From a virus (lineage: Duplodnaviria > Caudoviricetes): DNA of 64,000 nucleotides. The notes under the pieces were generated by a model that was not told the origin of the DNA, did no database searches, and saw only the letters and a list, made by a program, of their open reading frames with translations. Where the stretch lies: positions 2,023 through 66,022 of the IMG/VR virus record IMGVR_UViG_3300030107_007272. One strand, given 5' to 3'. Positions 19,592-29,907 of this stretch are shown piece by piece; within the stretch, counting starts at the first letter, position 1, and each line of letters opens with the position of its first letter. Position numbers and translations under genes: made by a program.

Positions 19592-20352
19592 ACGGTAGAT
19601 ACACCATGTTTCTGCACAACTTTAGTGGTGCATTTTTGAGCAAATTCTATTGATTTAATTATATTTTTAGAATTAACATACTCAACAACTAAACCAGATA
19701 AAAATGTATCACCTGCACCAGAAATATCCTTTACTGGTACATTTTCAACAGGATACATTGTATCTTGAAATAAACAACCTTTATTGCCTTTAGTCACAAT
19801 TGTCTTATCAATCATAGGATTTTGTTTGAAAAAATCTAAATTTTGTTCATACTCTAAAGAATTTATTTTTAAGTAAGTGCAATCTTCAATCCAATCTCCA
19901 AGTCTTTTTTTAGTATCTACAAAAACATTATCGTTATTTTGACATATAAATTTAATGTCATCTTCATTTAAAAAACCTTTACAATAGTCTGAAATAATTA
20001 TAGCATCAACTTCTACTTCACCACTCATACTTATATAACATTTATTATTTTGTATAGAAGATAGTAAAAGCTCATCTATCCTATCACAATAGTCGTGTTC
20101 ATCCACTCTCAACACCATTTGATTTGATTTATCGTCTACATAACGAATTTTTTTAATACTATTTTTATTTGTAATAGAATATACAGTTGAATTAAGTGCT
20201 TCAACATTTTTGACAACATTATTAGCCATACCAGCATTTGAGCGTTCTCTAATAGGTTGAAAGACTGGCACAGGTGCTTCAGGTGTTAACCTGTTAATAT
20301 CACCATAAATAAAAATATCTTTACAACTATCACCAACCACTAATATCCTCAT
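19588..20352 (-). CDS. PfkB-family sugar kinase, HldE/RfaE heptose-7-phosphate kinase-like
   Basis: RLTPEAPVPV, ISDYCKG, DISGAGDTF. Confidence 0.85.
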   Translation of the reverse strand: MRILVVGDSCKDIFIYGDINRLTPEAPVPVFQPIRERSNAGMANNVVKNVEALNSTVYSITNKNSIKKIRYVDDKSNQMVLRVDEHDYCDRIDELLLSSIQNNKCYISMSGEVEVDAIIISDYCKGFLNEDDIKFICQNNDNVFVDTKKRLGDWIEDCTYLKINSLEYEQNLDFFKQNPMIDKTIVTKGNKGCLFQDTMYPVENVPVKDISGAGDTFLSGLVVEYVNSKNIIKSIEFAQKCTTKVVQKHGVSTV

Positions 20353-20783
20353 AATAAAAAGTCCTCTTTTTCTAACTTGTCGTAAACTTCTTTTTGGCTA
20401 TCACCTGGTGAAACCCTATAAGAATCTGAATCTTTATGATGAGTTGACACTTCAAATATCTTACCATCAGTAAGAGCTTCTAATTGATGTGGTTGTCCTG
20501 GATATTGTCTAACTACCCAACCTGGTGATAATGTCATAGATTGCTTAAGTGCAGTTTCAGTATCTATAAAAGAATAATAAAAATTTCCTTTTTCTACCCA
20601 CCAAGTTTCATCTTTTTCCATATGAAAATGCATTGAAAACTTACAACCCTTTTTAAACTCTAATATCTTACCACAGTACATTTCATTGTTTTCTATGATA
20701 ATTTCTCTGCCCCAACCTTTTGGTATTGTACAGCACTCCTCTACGAACGCATCGGTTCTTATTTCTCCATTTCGCATTGTCAC
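20349..20783 (-). CDS. cupin-fold sugar isomerase
   Basis: KGWGRE, SMHFHMEKDET, PGQPHQL, EVST...DSYR. Confidence 0.8.
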   Translation of the reverse strand: MTMRNGEIRTDAFVEECCTIPKGWGREIIIENNEMYCGKILEFKKGCKFSMHFHMEKDETWWVEKGNFYYSFIDTETALKQSMTLSPGWVVRQYPGQPHQLEALTDGKIFEVSTHHKDSDSYRVSPGDSQKEVYDKLEKEDFLL

Positions 20784-21178
20784 CAGCTAATATCCCAATC
20801 TTTAAATTCAGCAGCAAGGCAATCTATTTTATAGTCTTTCCTACCCCCAATAGACTCTTGTAATTTATTTTTAGCAGTATTTCTTATACCATTTAAACCA
20901 TGAGTTAATTGTAAATTTTCTCCAGCATTAATTCCCTTACGAGCTTGAGACTCGTTATGCCAAATATGTAAATTCATTTGTGCCATAACTATTATTGCCC
21001 TAATGTCATCACCACTTAATATAACACTTTTTTCTGACAATTCCAAGTTAATATCGTGAATAATATCTTTTATTTCTTCAGCATATTCTTTTTTATGTTC
21101 TGGTATAAAGACTTCTTTTAATTGAACTATACTAAGTCTATCTATTAGTTCTGACAATGTTGGTAAATATTTTCTCAT
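20780..21178 (-). CDS. DUF4254-like protein
   Basis: TLSELIDRLSIVQLKE...NLHIWHNE...NGIRN. Confidence 0.55.
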   Translation of the reverse strand: MRKYLPTLSELIDRLSIVQLKEVFIPEHKKEYAEEIKDIIHDINLELSEKSVILSGDDIRAIIVMAQMNLHIWHNESQARKGINAGENLQLTHGLNGIRNTAKNKLQESIGGRKDYKIDCLAAEFKDWDISW

Positions 21179-22113
21179 AAGTTTGTAAAATTCCTATTGT
21201 TATGTTTGATAATCATCTGATACGCGTATAGTAATTCACAAATACCGTCATCTATAGCGTATTTTGGTTTCCACCCTAAAGACTCAAGTTTTTCATTTGA
21301 AACTATATAATCTCTATTATCAAAATCAGTTTTATAGTCATCCTCTTTAATGACAAAATTGTGAATATATTTCTTGACAGTTTCAGCCAACTCTAACTTA
21401 CTCAAGTTAGCATCTGACAAACCTACATTAAATACATCACCTTTCATCCTATCGTAATTTTCGATACAAAATAGAAAAGTACGAGCAATATCTTTGACAT
21501 GAATATAATTTCGTTTGAAATGTGATTCAAATAAAACTATATATCCATCCACAATAGCTTTATGTACAAAATCATTCACTAACAAATCTGTTCGCATTCT
21601 CGGTGAAGAACCAAATACTGTTGCTAACCTCAGACAAACTCCTTTACCACTATTCATAATGTAATCTTCCGCATCACACTTGGTAACTGCATAATGTGAA
21701 AGTGGATTAAATGGACTTTCTTCTGTTATAATCTCCTTAGAACTACCATATTGGCTATTAGTATTTGGCATAATAAGTTTTTGATTGTCATTTAAATTAT
21801 CGACTATACACTTTATCTGTTCAAAATTAACTTTGGTAGCTAACTCTTTGTTCTTATCACATGCAGGACCACCGACAATAGCAGCTAATGGAATAACAAC
21901 ATCATAAGTAGACAAAATAGTTTTCAAAAACTTAAAATTAGTGACATCCGCGTTCATAAATCTAAAATTCTCATGTGAACATAGATGCAATAGTGATGTT
22001 TGTTCATACATTAAATTATCTAATACATCTACTCTACAACCATTATCTAATAAATGTTGAGTCAAAGTAGAACCTAAGTATCCAGCTCCACCTGTTATTA
22101 AAACTTTTACCAT
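21175..22113 (-). CDS. NAD-dependent epimerase/dehydratase (4-keto reductase-like)
   Basis: ITGGAGYLG, YAVTK, LRLATVFGSSPRMRTDL. Confidence 0.9.
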   Translation of the reverse strand: MVKVLITGGAGYLGSTLTQHLLDNGCRVDVLDNLMYEQTSLLHLCSHENFRFMNADVTNFKFLKTILSTYDVVIPLAAIVGGPACDKNKELATKVNFEQIKCIVDNLNDNQKLIMPNTNSQYGSSKEIITEESPFNPLSHYAVTKCDAEDYIMNSGKGVCLRLATVFGSSPRMRTDLLVNDFVHKAIVDGYIVLFESHFKRNYIHVKDIARTFLFCIENYDRMKGDVFNVGLSDANLSKLELAETVKKYIHNFVIKEDDYKTDFDNRDYIVSNEKLESLGWKPKYAIDDGICELLYAYQMIIKHNNRNFTNL

Positions 22114-22400
22114 ATTTTTAACCTTCCTAATAATATATCTTTAAACATAATCCAATCTGAAACCTTAGCATAAAATGGGTTAACAAAAGCAGCTGGTTTG
22201 TTATGCTCAAAAAAATAATGACCACTCCAAGCAAAAGGATATATAACAAAAGGTATTAGTGGTATTAGATACCAATACCAATTATAAACTACAAATGACG
22301 CGAATAATATAGTGACTATTTGGCCTATAAAATGTAAAAGTTTACATTTAGGATGTTCGTGTAATGTTAAATAATACTTATAATATCTCTGTAACTTCAT
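22107..22400 (-). CDS. DUF962/Mpo1-like membrane protein
   Basis: YLTLHEHP..LLHFIG...FAWSGHYFFEHNKPA. Confidence 0.85.
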   Translation of the reverse strand: MKLQRYYKYYLTLHEHPKCKLLHFIGQIVTILFASFVVYNWYWYLIPLIPFVIYPFAWSGHYFFEHNKPAAFVNPFYAKVSDWIMFKDILLGRLKIW

Positions 22401-22422
22401 TAAATAACCTCTTTTGTCGGTG

Positions 22423-23907
22423 TTACCAGCTAGGCATTCTAAGTCTAAATAATGGTTTAAACCTAAAATCTCTCATCCACCTAAAGTGTTTGCCAATAAT
22501 AATTCTAAACACTCTCATCATCATCAAAAATCCACCGAACCAACCATTTTTCTGTATCACATGACTCCACCTATGTGGCTTTGAATATATACTTACAAAA
22601 CCTTCATTTTGTAAATCAACTAAATCTTGAGATGATAATTCACCTACATTAGTAACCGAAGTGCCATATCTACGATACTCTGAAAAATCATCGGTTAGTA
22701 ACTCCATTCCTTGTTCACCCTCAGCTGCTATTGTATGGAATTCTGTTCCAGGATATGGCACGGCTATAGCAAAGTTTGCCTGTTTTACATAAGGATCATT
22801 CTCTAAAAAATCCAAAGTTTTTTGAATTGTAGATCTTGATTCTCCAGGTAACCCTATCATAACTGAATTTGATGCCTCAATGTCATACTTATTAAGTATT
22901 CTGTTTGCCTCAGAATACCACTTTAGAGGAACTTGTTTTTTCATGGTCTTTCTCATCTCTGTATCTACAGTCTCTAAACCAAATGACAGTCTTATCAAAC
23001 CAGCTTTAGCTAACAACGATATACTTTCCTCATCAATTAAGTTTGCTCTTGTACTACCTTCAAAAGTTATATCAAGTCCTTCCTCGATAATTTTTTCACA
23101 TATTATCTTCATGTGATTCTTAAAATATAAAGTTAAAACATCATCTACTATAAAAAAATGTTTAATTCCAAAATCATTAACAACTTGTTTTATTTCTTTT
23201 ACAACAGAATCAGGTGAGCGTTTATTAACAGCAGTTGTATTCAACTTATCAGAGGCACAAAAAATACAATGCCATGGACAACCTCTCATAGTTTGAATAG
23301 ATGTAAAAGGTAATCTACCTTTTAAAGTACCAACTTTGTATTTATCGTACGGTAGTAAATCTCTTGCTGGAAATGGTAAGGAATCTAAATCTCTAATATA
23401 AGTGTTAGGTCCTGTAAAGGAAACTTTACCTGTTTTAGTTCTATAATAAACTCCTTTTACACCATAAGGGTATTTACCTTTTTCAATTTTATTAAAAAGT
23501 TTTAGTAATTGATTTTCACACTCACCATTGTACCCATAATCAAAACAATCATAAAAAGCCTTCTCTCCATCTATGGTGATGTGTTGTCCACCAATTAAAA
23601 TCTTTATCGATGGTTCAGAAGCTTTTAAAGCCATGGCAAATGATTTAGTTGTATGAAAAAAAGGACTTGTACCAGTTAAACAAACTAAGTCTGGTTTTTC
23701 TTCCCTTACCATATTTACAAGGTCACTTTCATCTATCTTCAGTATCTCAGCATCCATTATCGATACATCATGACCACCCTCTCTAGCAATAGCAGCAATA
23801 AGAGCTAAATTAAGAGGTGGTATTACTCCACCAGATTTACGAGCAAAGTAGCCTGAAATCAACCCATAACTACCAGTCCATCTTGGATAAACAACAGATA
23901 TTTTCAT
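22423..23907 (-). CDS. cobalamin-dependent radical SAM enzyme
   Basis: PPLNL...GGQH B12-binding domain; TMRGCPWHCIFC; VMIGLPGE; PYPGT. Confidence 0.9.
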   Translation of the reverse strand: MKISVVYPRWTGSYGLISGYFARKSGGVIPPLNLALIAAIAREGGHDVSIMDAEILKIDESDLVNMVREEKPDLVCLTGTSPFFHTTKSFAMALKASEPSIKILIGGQHITIDGEKAFYDCFDYGYNGECENQLLKLFNKIEKGKYPYGVKGVYYRTKTGKVSFTGPNTYIRDLDSLPFPARDLLPYDKYKVGTLKGRLPFTSIQTMRGCPWHCIFCASDKLNTTAVNKRSPDSVVKEIKQVVNDFGIKHFFIVDDVLTLYFKNHMKIICEKIIEEGLDITFEGSTRANLIDEESISLLAKAGLIRLSFGLETVDTEMRKTMKKQVPLKWYSEANRILNKYDIEASNSVMIGLPGESRSTIQKTLDFLENDPYVKQANFAIAVPYPGTEFHTIAAEGEQGMELLTDDFSEYRRYGTSVTNVGELSSQDLVDLQNEGFVSIYSKPHRWSHVIQKNGWFGGFLMMMRVFRIIIGKHFRWMRDFRFKPLFRLRMPSW

Positions 23908-23917
23908 TTTTTTTTCC

Positions 23918-25099
23918 TTATTTATTTATAAATATATTTAATAAATTAATCAAAGTATTTATTTTTTCTCGTTCTAATGTTGGATAATTGCCAATGTACC
24001 AACTAAAGTTGTGAATGTGCTCTACATTAGGAAACTGACTCAAATCTATTTTTTTATTTTTAAAATAAGGTTGTCTTAACTGATTACCACCTCCCGACAA
24101 GCCTCTTCTAAATTCTATACCATTTTCAGTTAGTAGATTTTCAATTTTATCTCTAACTTCAAAGTCTGGTTCTTTCATAATTACTATAAACGCATAATTA
24201 CATTGACCATCCATCTCAAAGTTAGTATGATATTTTTTGGAATCTAATTTATCAACAAAATGTTGAAAATTTTCAATTCTTTTTTGGTTATTAGAATCCA
24301 ATCTATCTAACTGACATAAACCCAAAACAGCGTTAATTTCTGTGCTTCTAAAGTTATGGGCAGGACCTATGAAAACAAAATCTTGATTCAAATCAGGATA
24401 ATCTACAGCATATTTTTTAATCAAATTTTTATCTGTAAATTCCCTAACCATTCCATGTGACCTCAATGACCTACATAATTGATAAAAATAGTCATCATTT
24501 GTTGACACTATTCCACCCTCTATCGTACTCATGTGATGAGCAAAATAAAAACTAAAATTACTGGCAAATCCAACTGAACCTAGCTTTTTAGTGTTAAAAG
24601 TCGCACCATGTGATTCACACACATCCTCAATAAGTAATATATTATTATCAACACACAATTGTAACAAACTATCGGATAAAGCATTTAGTCCTAAAACATG
24701 AGTTACAAATATAGCTTTCGTGTTTTCATTGATAGCACCTTTTAATTTATCTAAATCAAATGATAAATTATTTAAATTTATATCCACAAAAACTGGATTA
24801 AAACCAGAAAATAAAACCGAGTTAACATCTGATACCCAGGTCAATGGTGGTATTATAACTTCTCCACCTTCAGGATATAAATGCTTTAATGATAACATAG
24901 TTAATTCATTAGCAGCAGTACCTGAGTTAACAAAAACACTATGTTTTACTCCTAACCACTCAGACCATTTGTTTTCAAACTCTTTAACCTTATCACCATT
25001 AGTCAATCTTGGCACAGGATCTTGTTTTAAAAATTCAATTAAACAATCAACATCTTCTCTACTGATGTTATCTGACATTAATGGTAGTGTCAAATCCAT
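23918..25099 (-). CDS. DegT/DnrJ-family PLP enzyme, probably NDP-4-keto-6-deoxyhexose 3-dehydratase (ColD/E1 type)
   Basis: VNSGTAAN, EDVCESHGA, SFYFAHHMSTIEGG with His in place of the Schiff-base Lys. Confidence 0.85.
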   Translation of the reverse strand: MDLTLPLMSDNISREDVDCLIEFLKQDPVPRLTNGDKVKEFENKWSEWLGVKHSVFVNSGTAANELTMLSLKHLYPEGGEVIIPPLTWVSDVNSVLFSGFNPVFVDINLNNLSFDLDKLKGAINENTKAIFVTHVLGLNALSDSLLQLCVDNNILLIEDVCESHGATFNTKKLGSVGFASNFSFYFAHHMSTIEGGIVSTNDDYFYQLCRSLRSHGMVREFTDKNLIKKYAVDYPDLNQDFVFIGPAHNFRSTEINAVLGLCQLDRLDSNNQKRIENFQHFVDKLDSKKYHTNFEMDGQCNYAFIVIMKEPDFEVRDKIENLLTENGIEFRRGLSGGGNQLRQPYFKNKKIDLSQFPNVEHIHNFSWYIGNYPTLEREKINTLINLLNIFINK

Positions 25100-25101
25100 A
25101 T

Positions 25102-26643
25102 TTAATCTCCTAATAACTTTCTCTTTAGTTTAATCTTACAATTTTTTAAAATATTGTTAACTGATGTTTGTCCATATTTTTTCTTAACTTTCGATAAAAA
25201 TTTTTCTGATTGATGATACTCCAAATATGCCTCATCTCTAAACTTTAATATTTGTTTAGATGTTAAATTATCAGTTGGTATTGGAACAGTATTGTAGGAA
25301 TGAAAAGAATAACCCTCATAATCGTTTGGCAGCTCATAACCAGCTTCAAGAGCATCTTTGTACAACTGACTACCTGGTAATGGCATTGCCGAATAACCAT
25401 TCCACCCAAGTGTTGCTAAATCAATCGCTAAATCTTGTGTTTTCCTCATTGACTCCTTTGTGTCTGTTGGTAAACCAAATATGTAATTTGCCATCACATT
25501 TATACCAGCACCCTCTACTTGTCTAACCACTTTTTTTATATCAACATCTTCAAATTTTCCTTTTGAAACTTCTAAACGAACATTTTTATCACCACTCTCT
25601 ATACCAATACCTAACCACCTAATTCCCGCTTCTCTTACTAAATTTAAAATATCAGGCCTTCTAATTGTATCAACTCTTGAATATGCCCACATTCTTAGTT
25701 TTTCACCATAACCCCTTTCAATTAAACCCTCACAAAATGGTTTATAATACTTCGGATTTAATAAAAACATTTCATCAATAATTCTTATATTTTCGACACC
25801 CATATTGACTAACTTATCAAATTGTTTTAGGACAAAATCAGTAGACCAATACCTCATTTTATTATAATTACCAGCCACTCCGATAGGATCATCATCATCA
25901 CGATTCAGTATATTAATCATACAAAACTCACATCTAAATTGACAACCTAATGAGGTGCTTATTGAAGCATATGGTGTTCTTTTATTTGAGTCATACTCAG
26001 CGTGCCACATCGGGCACCTGTATAAATCGAATGGTTTTTTATTATATGGCAACAAATCCCAAGCGTATCCAGGTAAATCTTCATCCATTTTATGACCAGG
26101 CACTAACTTTGACGGCGGTGTCAATACTGATTTTCCACTTTGACGATAACCAATTCCTCTTATACTACTGAGATTATTTAAATAGTTTTCATGTGACAAT
26201 AAATCTCGTAAAGCATATACTCCCTCATTCGTAAAAACTATATCTATACTTGACTCTCTGTCAAGGGTTTCGTAAGGTAAGGCTTGAACATGAGAACCAA
26301 TATAAGCTATCGGTGTTTCAATGCCACTATCTTTTACTTTAGTAGATAAAGATACAGCACCACTCATCATTGTTGTACCAGCATTTACATTTTGACCGTA
26401 TACGACAAAACATATTAATCTAGGATTCTTATCTTTAATCACTTGTATTGAGTCCTCGTGTTTTAAATTTAAAGCACCAGTATCAAGTATATCTACCTTG
26501 TACCCAACCGATCTACACGACTCTGCTAGTAAACAAGCCCAAGCAGGTGGTTCTATCCCAGCATAGTCTTTTGCCAAATCTTGGTAAATACCTTTAGAAT
26601 TACTTGGTGCTATAAATAAAACATCAATCATCCCATAGCTCAT
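25102..26643 (-). CDS. cobalamin-dependent radical SAM enzyme
   Basis: B12-binding N-terminus; TSLGCQFRCEFC; YIFGLP; PLPGS. Confidence 0.9.
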   Translation of the reverse strand: MSYGMIDVLFIAPSNSKGIYQDLAKDYAGIEPPAWACLLAESCRSVGYKVDILDTGALNLKHEDSIQVIKDKNPRLICFVVYGQNVNAGTTMMSGAVSLSTKVKDSGIETPIAYIGSHVQALPYETLDRESSIDIVFTNEGVYALRDLLSHENYLNNLSSIRGIGYRQSGKSVLTPPSKLVPGHKMDEDLPGYAWDLLPYNKKPFDLYRCPMWHAEYDSNKRTPYASISTSLGCQFRCEFCMINILNRDDDDPIGVAGNYNKMRYWSTDFVLKQFDKLVNMGVENIRIIDEMFLLNPKYYKPFCEGLIERGYGEKLRMWAYSRVDTIRRPDILNLVREAGIRWLGIGIESGDKNVRLEVSKGKFEDVDIKKVVRQVEGAGINVMANYIFGLPTDTKESMRKTQDLAIDLATLGWNGYSAMPLPGSQLYKDALEAGYELPNDYEGYSFHSYNTVPIPTDNLTSKQILKFRDEAYLEYHQSEKFLSKVKKKYGQTSVNNILKNCKIKLKRKLLGD

Positions 26644-28456
26644 TTTCTATTAATTCAGGATAAACTCTTTTTTGACCTATCGGTTTTATATACATATTCT
26701 CATTAAATTCTTCATCTGACAAATAAGGGTACATATCTTCGATGGGCGTTTCCCATCCTACAATTTTAGGATCATAAGTATGATACTCGTGACAATTTAA
26801 ATCCATAACAATAGCACCATCGTAATTTAAAAAGTCTTTGATTTGTTGTCTAACTTTTCCATAATCAGAACCATCCTCAACCACCATTGTTGGCACTTTA
26901 TAAGCATCAACTATATCAATAAAATTAGGGGGATTATAACCAACAGGACCACAAGCCTCAGCTCTACCTTGAAAATTAGTTTCTTGGAATGCCTTTGTTA
27001 TACCATAAATGTGATTATTTAAGATGATAGTTTTTACTGGTATGTTGTAATTCACTATGGTCTGCAACTCTTGTATATTCATATTGAATCCACCATCACC
27101 AATCACACAAACTACATTTTGGGATTTGTCAGCAGCGATTGCTGCTCCTATAGCACCAGCAAAAGAAAATCCCATTGGCGAATTACCATTGTTAGTAAAA
27201 TATCGTTGTCCTACTTTAGTTTCAAAGGCGTGATTAGAAACCACAATATTACCACCACAATCGGCGACAAATATATCGTTGTTATTCATCTCTTCTGATA
27301 AAATTCTTATAAAGGCATACGGATGTGGATATTTTCGTGGTTTAAACATATCCTCTGTTACTGGATCATATTTAACTTTCCACTCCATAACTTTATCAAC
27401 CCATTGACTAAAGTCTGGCAAGTCTTCAGACTTAAGTCTCTTCATTAACAAATTAATAAATAACTTCGCATCTGAATATATACATTCTTCAAATGGAACT
27501 TGTTGTAACTTTTTTTGTAAGCCAGCTTTATCAACATCGACCATATACTTTTTAGCCTCTCTGGCAAAGGTATGAATATTACCACCAGTTATTCTTCCTG
27601 ATATTCTACTGCCAATAGCTAATAATAAATCAGAATTTTGAATACCAAAATTTCTACCAGCTCCACCATAGGTGCCTATTCTGCCACCATAATACTCGTA
27701 ATCTGAACAAACTATATCAAGTGCATTCCAAGTAGGAAACATAGGAATTTTTAATTCTTTACCCAACTCAAGTAATTCATCAACTGCACCACTTAGTCTA
27801 ACACCACCACCTATCATTAAACAAGGTCTAACACTATTTTTTAAGTCATCAATGTAAGTGTCTATTTGTTTGTTTATAGCATCAACATCAAAGGTAGTTT
27901 TCAAACCAACATCATATCCTAATAATGTTTTCTCATCAATATCTTGTTTCTGTACATTTATAGGAATGTCTAGTAAAACTGGACCAGGTCTACCCTCAGT
28001 TGCTAAATGAAGTGCCTTCTCTAGTTCATACTTAACATCTTTTGGATTTGTAATTGTTTTAGCATATTTGGTCATCGGTTCAACAACACTTACAATATCA
28101 GTTTCTTGAAACCCTATCTGTCTAATACTTTTATCTGGCCTCATAAATTGAGAATTTATTTGACCTGTTATAAATAAACATGGTATTGAATCATAAAAAC
28201 AGTTACCAATTGGTGTTACAAAGTTCATACCACCAGGACCACTAGTAGCTAAGGCAACTCCAATTTTACCTGATATTTTGGCGTGTCCTTCAGCAGAAAA
28301 ACCACCACCTTGTTCATGCATTACAGCAACATATCTAATCTTATCATTTCTCGTAAATGCATCTACTAAATCACCATTTGCTGCTCCATAAACAAGGAAA
28401 ACATCTTCAATTCCATAATCAGCCAAATAATTAATAATATAATCTGCTACTTTCAT
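26624..28456 (-). CDS. thiamine pyrophosphate enzyme, acetolactate-synthase-like (YerE-like by context)
   Basis: MHEQ, ATSGPG, GFQETD, GRPGPV, GDGGFNMNIQEL...LNN. Confidence 0.9.
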   Translation of the reverse strand: MKVADYIINYLADYGIEDVFLVYGAANGDLVDAFTRNDKIRYVAVMHEQGGGFSAEGHAKISGKIGVALATSGPGGMNFVTPIGNCFYDSIPCLFITGQINSQFMRPDKSIRQIGFQETDIVSVVEPMTKYAKTITNPKDVKYELEKALHLATEGRPGPVLLDIPINVQKQDIDEKTLLGYDVGLKTTFDVDAINKQIDTYIDDLKNSVRPCLMIGGGVRLSGAVDELLELGKELKIPMFPTWNALDIVCSDYEYYGGRIGTYGGAGRNFGIQNSDLLLAIGSRISGRITGGNIHTFAREAKKYMVDVDKAGLQKKLQQVPFEECIYSDAKLFINLLMKRLKSEDLPDFSQWVDKVMEWKVKYDPVTEDMFKPRKYPHPYAFIRILSEEMNNNDIFVADCGGNIVVSNHAFETKVGQRYFTNNGNSPMGFSFAGAIGAAIAADKSQNVVCVIGDGGFNMNIQELQTIVNYNIPVKTIILNNHIYGITKAFQETNFQGRAEACGPVGYNPPNFIDIVDAYKVPTMVVEDGSDYGKVRQQIKDFLNYDGAIVMDLNCHEYHTYDPKIVGWETPIEDMYPYLSDEEFNENMYIKPIGQKRVYPELIENELWDD

Positions 28457-29382
28457 TAATCCCTCTTTGTAGTTATCGGTGTAACACTATGTTTTGGTTT
28501 AGCTAAATTCTCAACCCTATCTTTTTCATACTTCCAAGCAGAGTCACCAAGTAGTTTATCTAGTTCCTCTTCTTTGATTTCATAAAAATTTTCTTGTGCT
28601 GGAAACTGACCGTCTTTAACTTCATTTTTATATGATTCAAGTGCTGTTTGTATTAATTGACCAGCTTCACAGTATCTTTTTACGAACTTAGATTTAAACT
28701 CCCAAAACAAACCTACCAAATCGTGCATAATAACAAGTTGACCATCAACTCTATCACCTGCTCCGATACCATATACTGGAATATCAAGTTCTTCTGCTAT
28801 AATACCAGCTGGTTCTGTTGGCATGGCCTCTAATAGTAATGCTGAACATCCAGCATCTTGTAGTCTTTTTGCTTGGTCTAAAACTATTTCGGCACTTTTT
28901 GCAGTTTTACCTTGTACTCTATACCCACCAAGTTTAGCACGAGTGTGTGGTGTTAATCCCAAATGGCTCATAACCATAATACCCGAGTCACATATTGCCT
29001 TAATCCTTTCAACCATAGCACCTTCAACTTTTACCATATCCATACCAGCGACTATAAATCTCCCAGCATTTCTAACCGCTAATACATTAGATTCTTGATA
29101 AGACATATAAGGCATATCACCTATTAGAAAAGCGTCTTTTGCTCCTCTAGATACAGATTCACAATGATTTATCATCTCATCCATTGTAACTGGTATCGTA
29201 GTTTTATAACCATGTGTTGTCATCCCACATGAGTCACCTACAAGAATAGCATCAACACCGGCTTTATCTGCTATTAGTGCTTGTGGATAATCATAGGCAG
29301 TAACAAGACAGGTTTTTTCTTTTATTCTTTTATGTTTTCTTAATTTTATTATTGTAGTTTTAGTTCTACTATCTGCTGGCAT
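28456..29382 (-). CDS. panB: 3-methyl-2-oxobutanoate hydroxymethyltransferase
   Basis: TAYD, LVGDS, DMPYMSY, VKVEG, HLGLTP, GIGAG..DGQLV. Confidence 0.9.
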   Translation of the reverse strand: MPADSRTKTTIIKLRKHKRIKEKTCLVTAYDYPQALIADKAGVDAILVGDSCGMTTHGYKTTIPVTMDEMINHCESVSRGAKDAFLIGDMPYMSYQESNVLAVRNAGRFIVAGMDMVKVEGAMVERIKAICDSGIMVMSHLGLTPHTRAKLGGYRVQGKTAKSAEIVLDQAKRLQDAGCSALLLEAMPTEPAGIIAEELDIPVYGIGAGDRVDGQLVIMHDLVGLFWEFKSKFVKRYCEAGQLIQTALESYKNEVKDGQFPAQENFYEIKEEELDKLLGDSAWKYEKDRVENLAKPKHSVTPITTKRD

Positions 29383-29430
29383 TATAAACTCCTATTTAAT
29401 TAATTAATTTAGATAAAAAATGTTTAAAAG

Positions 29431-29907
29431 TCAATGTTTTTTTTCGTCTCTTTTTGATAAAATTGGATTTTTAGTTGGCCAATCTATGTTTAACGATTTA
29501 TCATTCCACGATATAGTAAATTGATCTTGAACATCAGGATAATCGCCTTCATAAGACCACTTATATAAAAATACGGCACTATCACTAAGCACATAATGAC
29601 CGTTTCCATATTTTGGTGGCACTAAAATAATTTTTTTATTTTTATCTGATAATATCAATGAACTCCATTCTTTAGTAATTGGATTCACAACCACAAAGTA
29701 TAATTCACCAAATAAACAAGTGGCTAGTTTCCAAGATTTTTCATCACCGTGTATACCTCTTAAAACATTTTTTTTAGATGTGCTAACTTTATCGTGATTG
29801 AATTTTAAATCAAAATCATTACTTTTCCAAATAGTCCATAAATCACCTCTATGATCAGAAAATATATCTGGTTGAAAAACTTTAACACCTTTTATCATTA
29901 TAAACAT
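29431..29907 (-). CDS. rmlC: dTDP-4-dehydrorhamnose 3,5-epimerase family
   Basis: DHRG, SKKNVLRGIH, GNGH, ISWND..LNIDWP..PILSKRD. Confidence 0.85.
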   Translation of the reverse strand: MFIMIKGVKVFQPDIFSDHRGDLWTIWKSNDFDLKFNHDKVSTSKKNVLRGIHGDEKSWKLATCLFGELYFVVVNPITKEWSSLILSDKNKKIILVPPKYGNGHYVLSDSAVFLYKWSYEGDYPDVQDQFTISWNDKSLNIDWPTKNPILSKRDEKKH

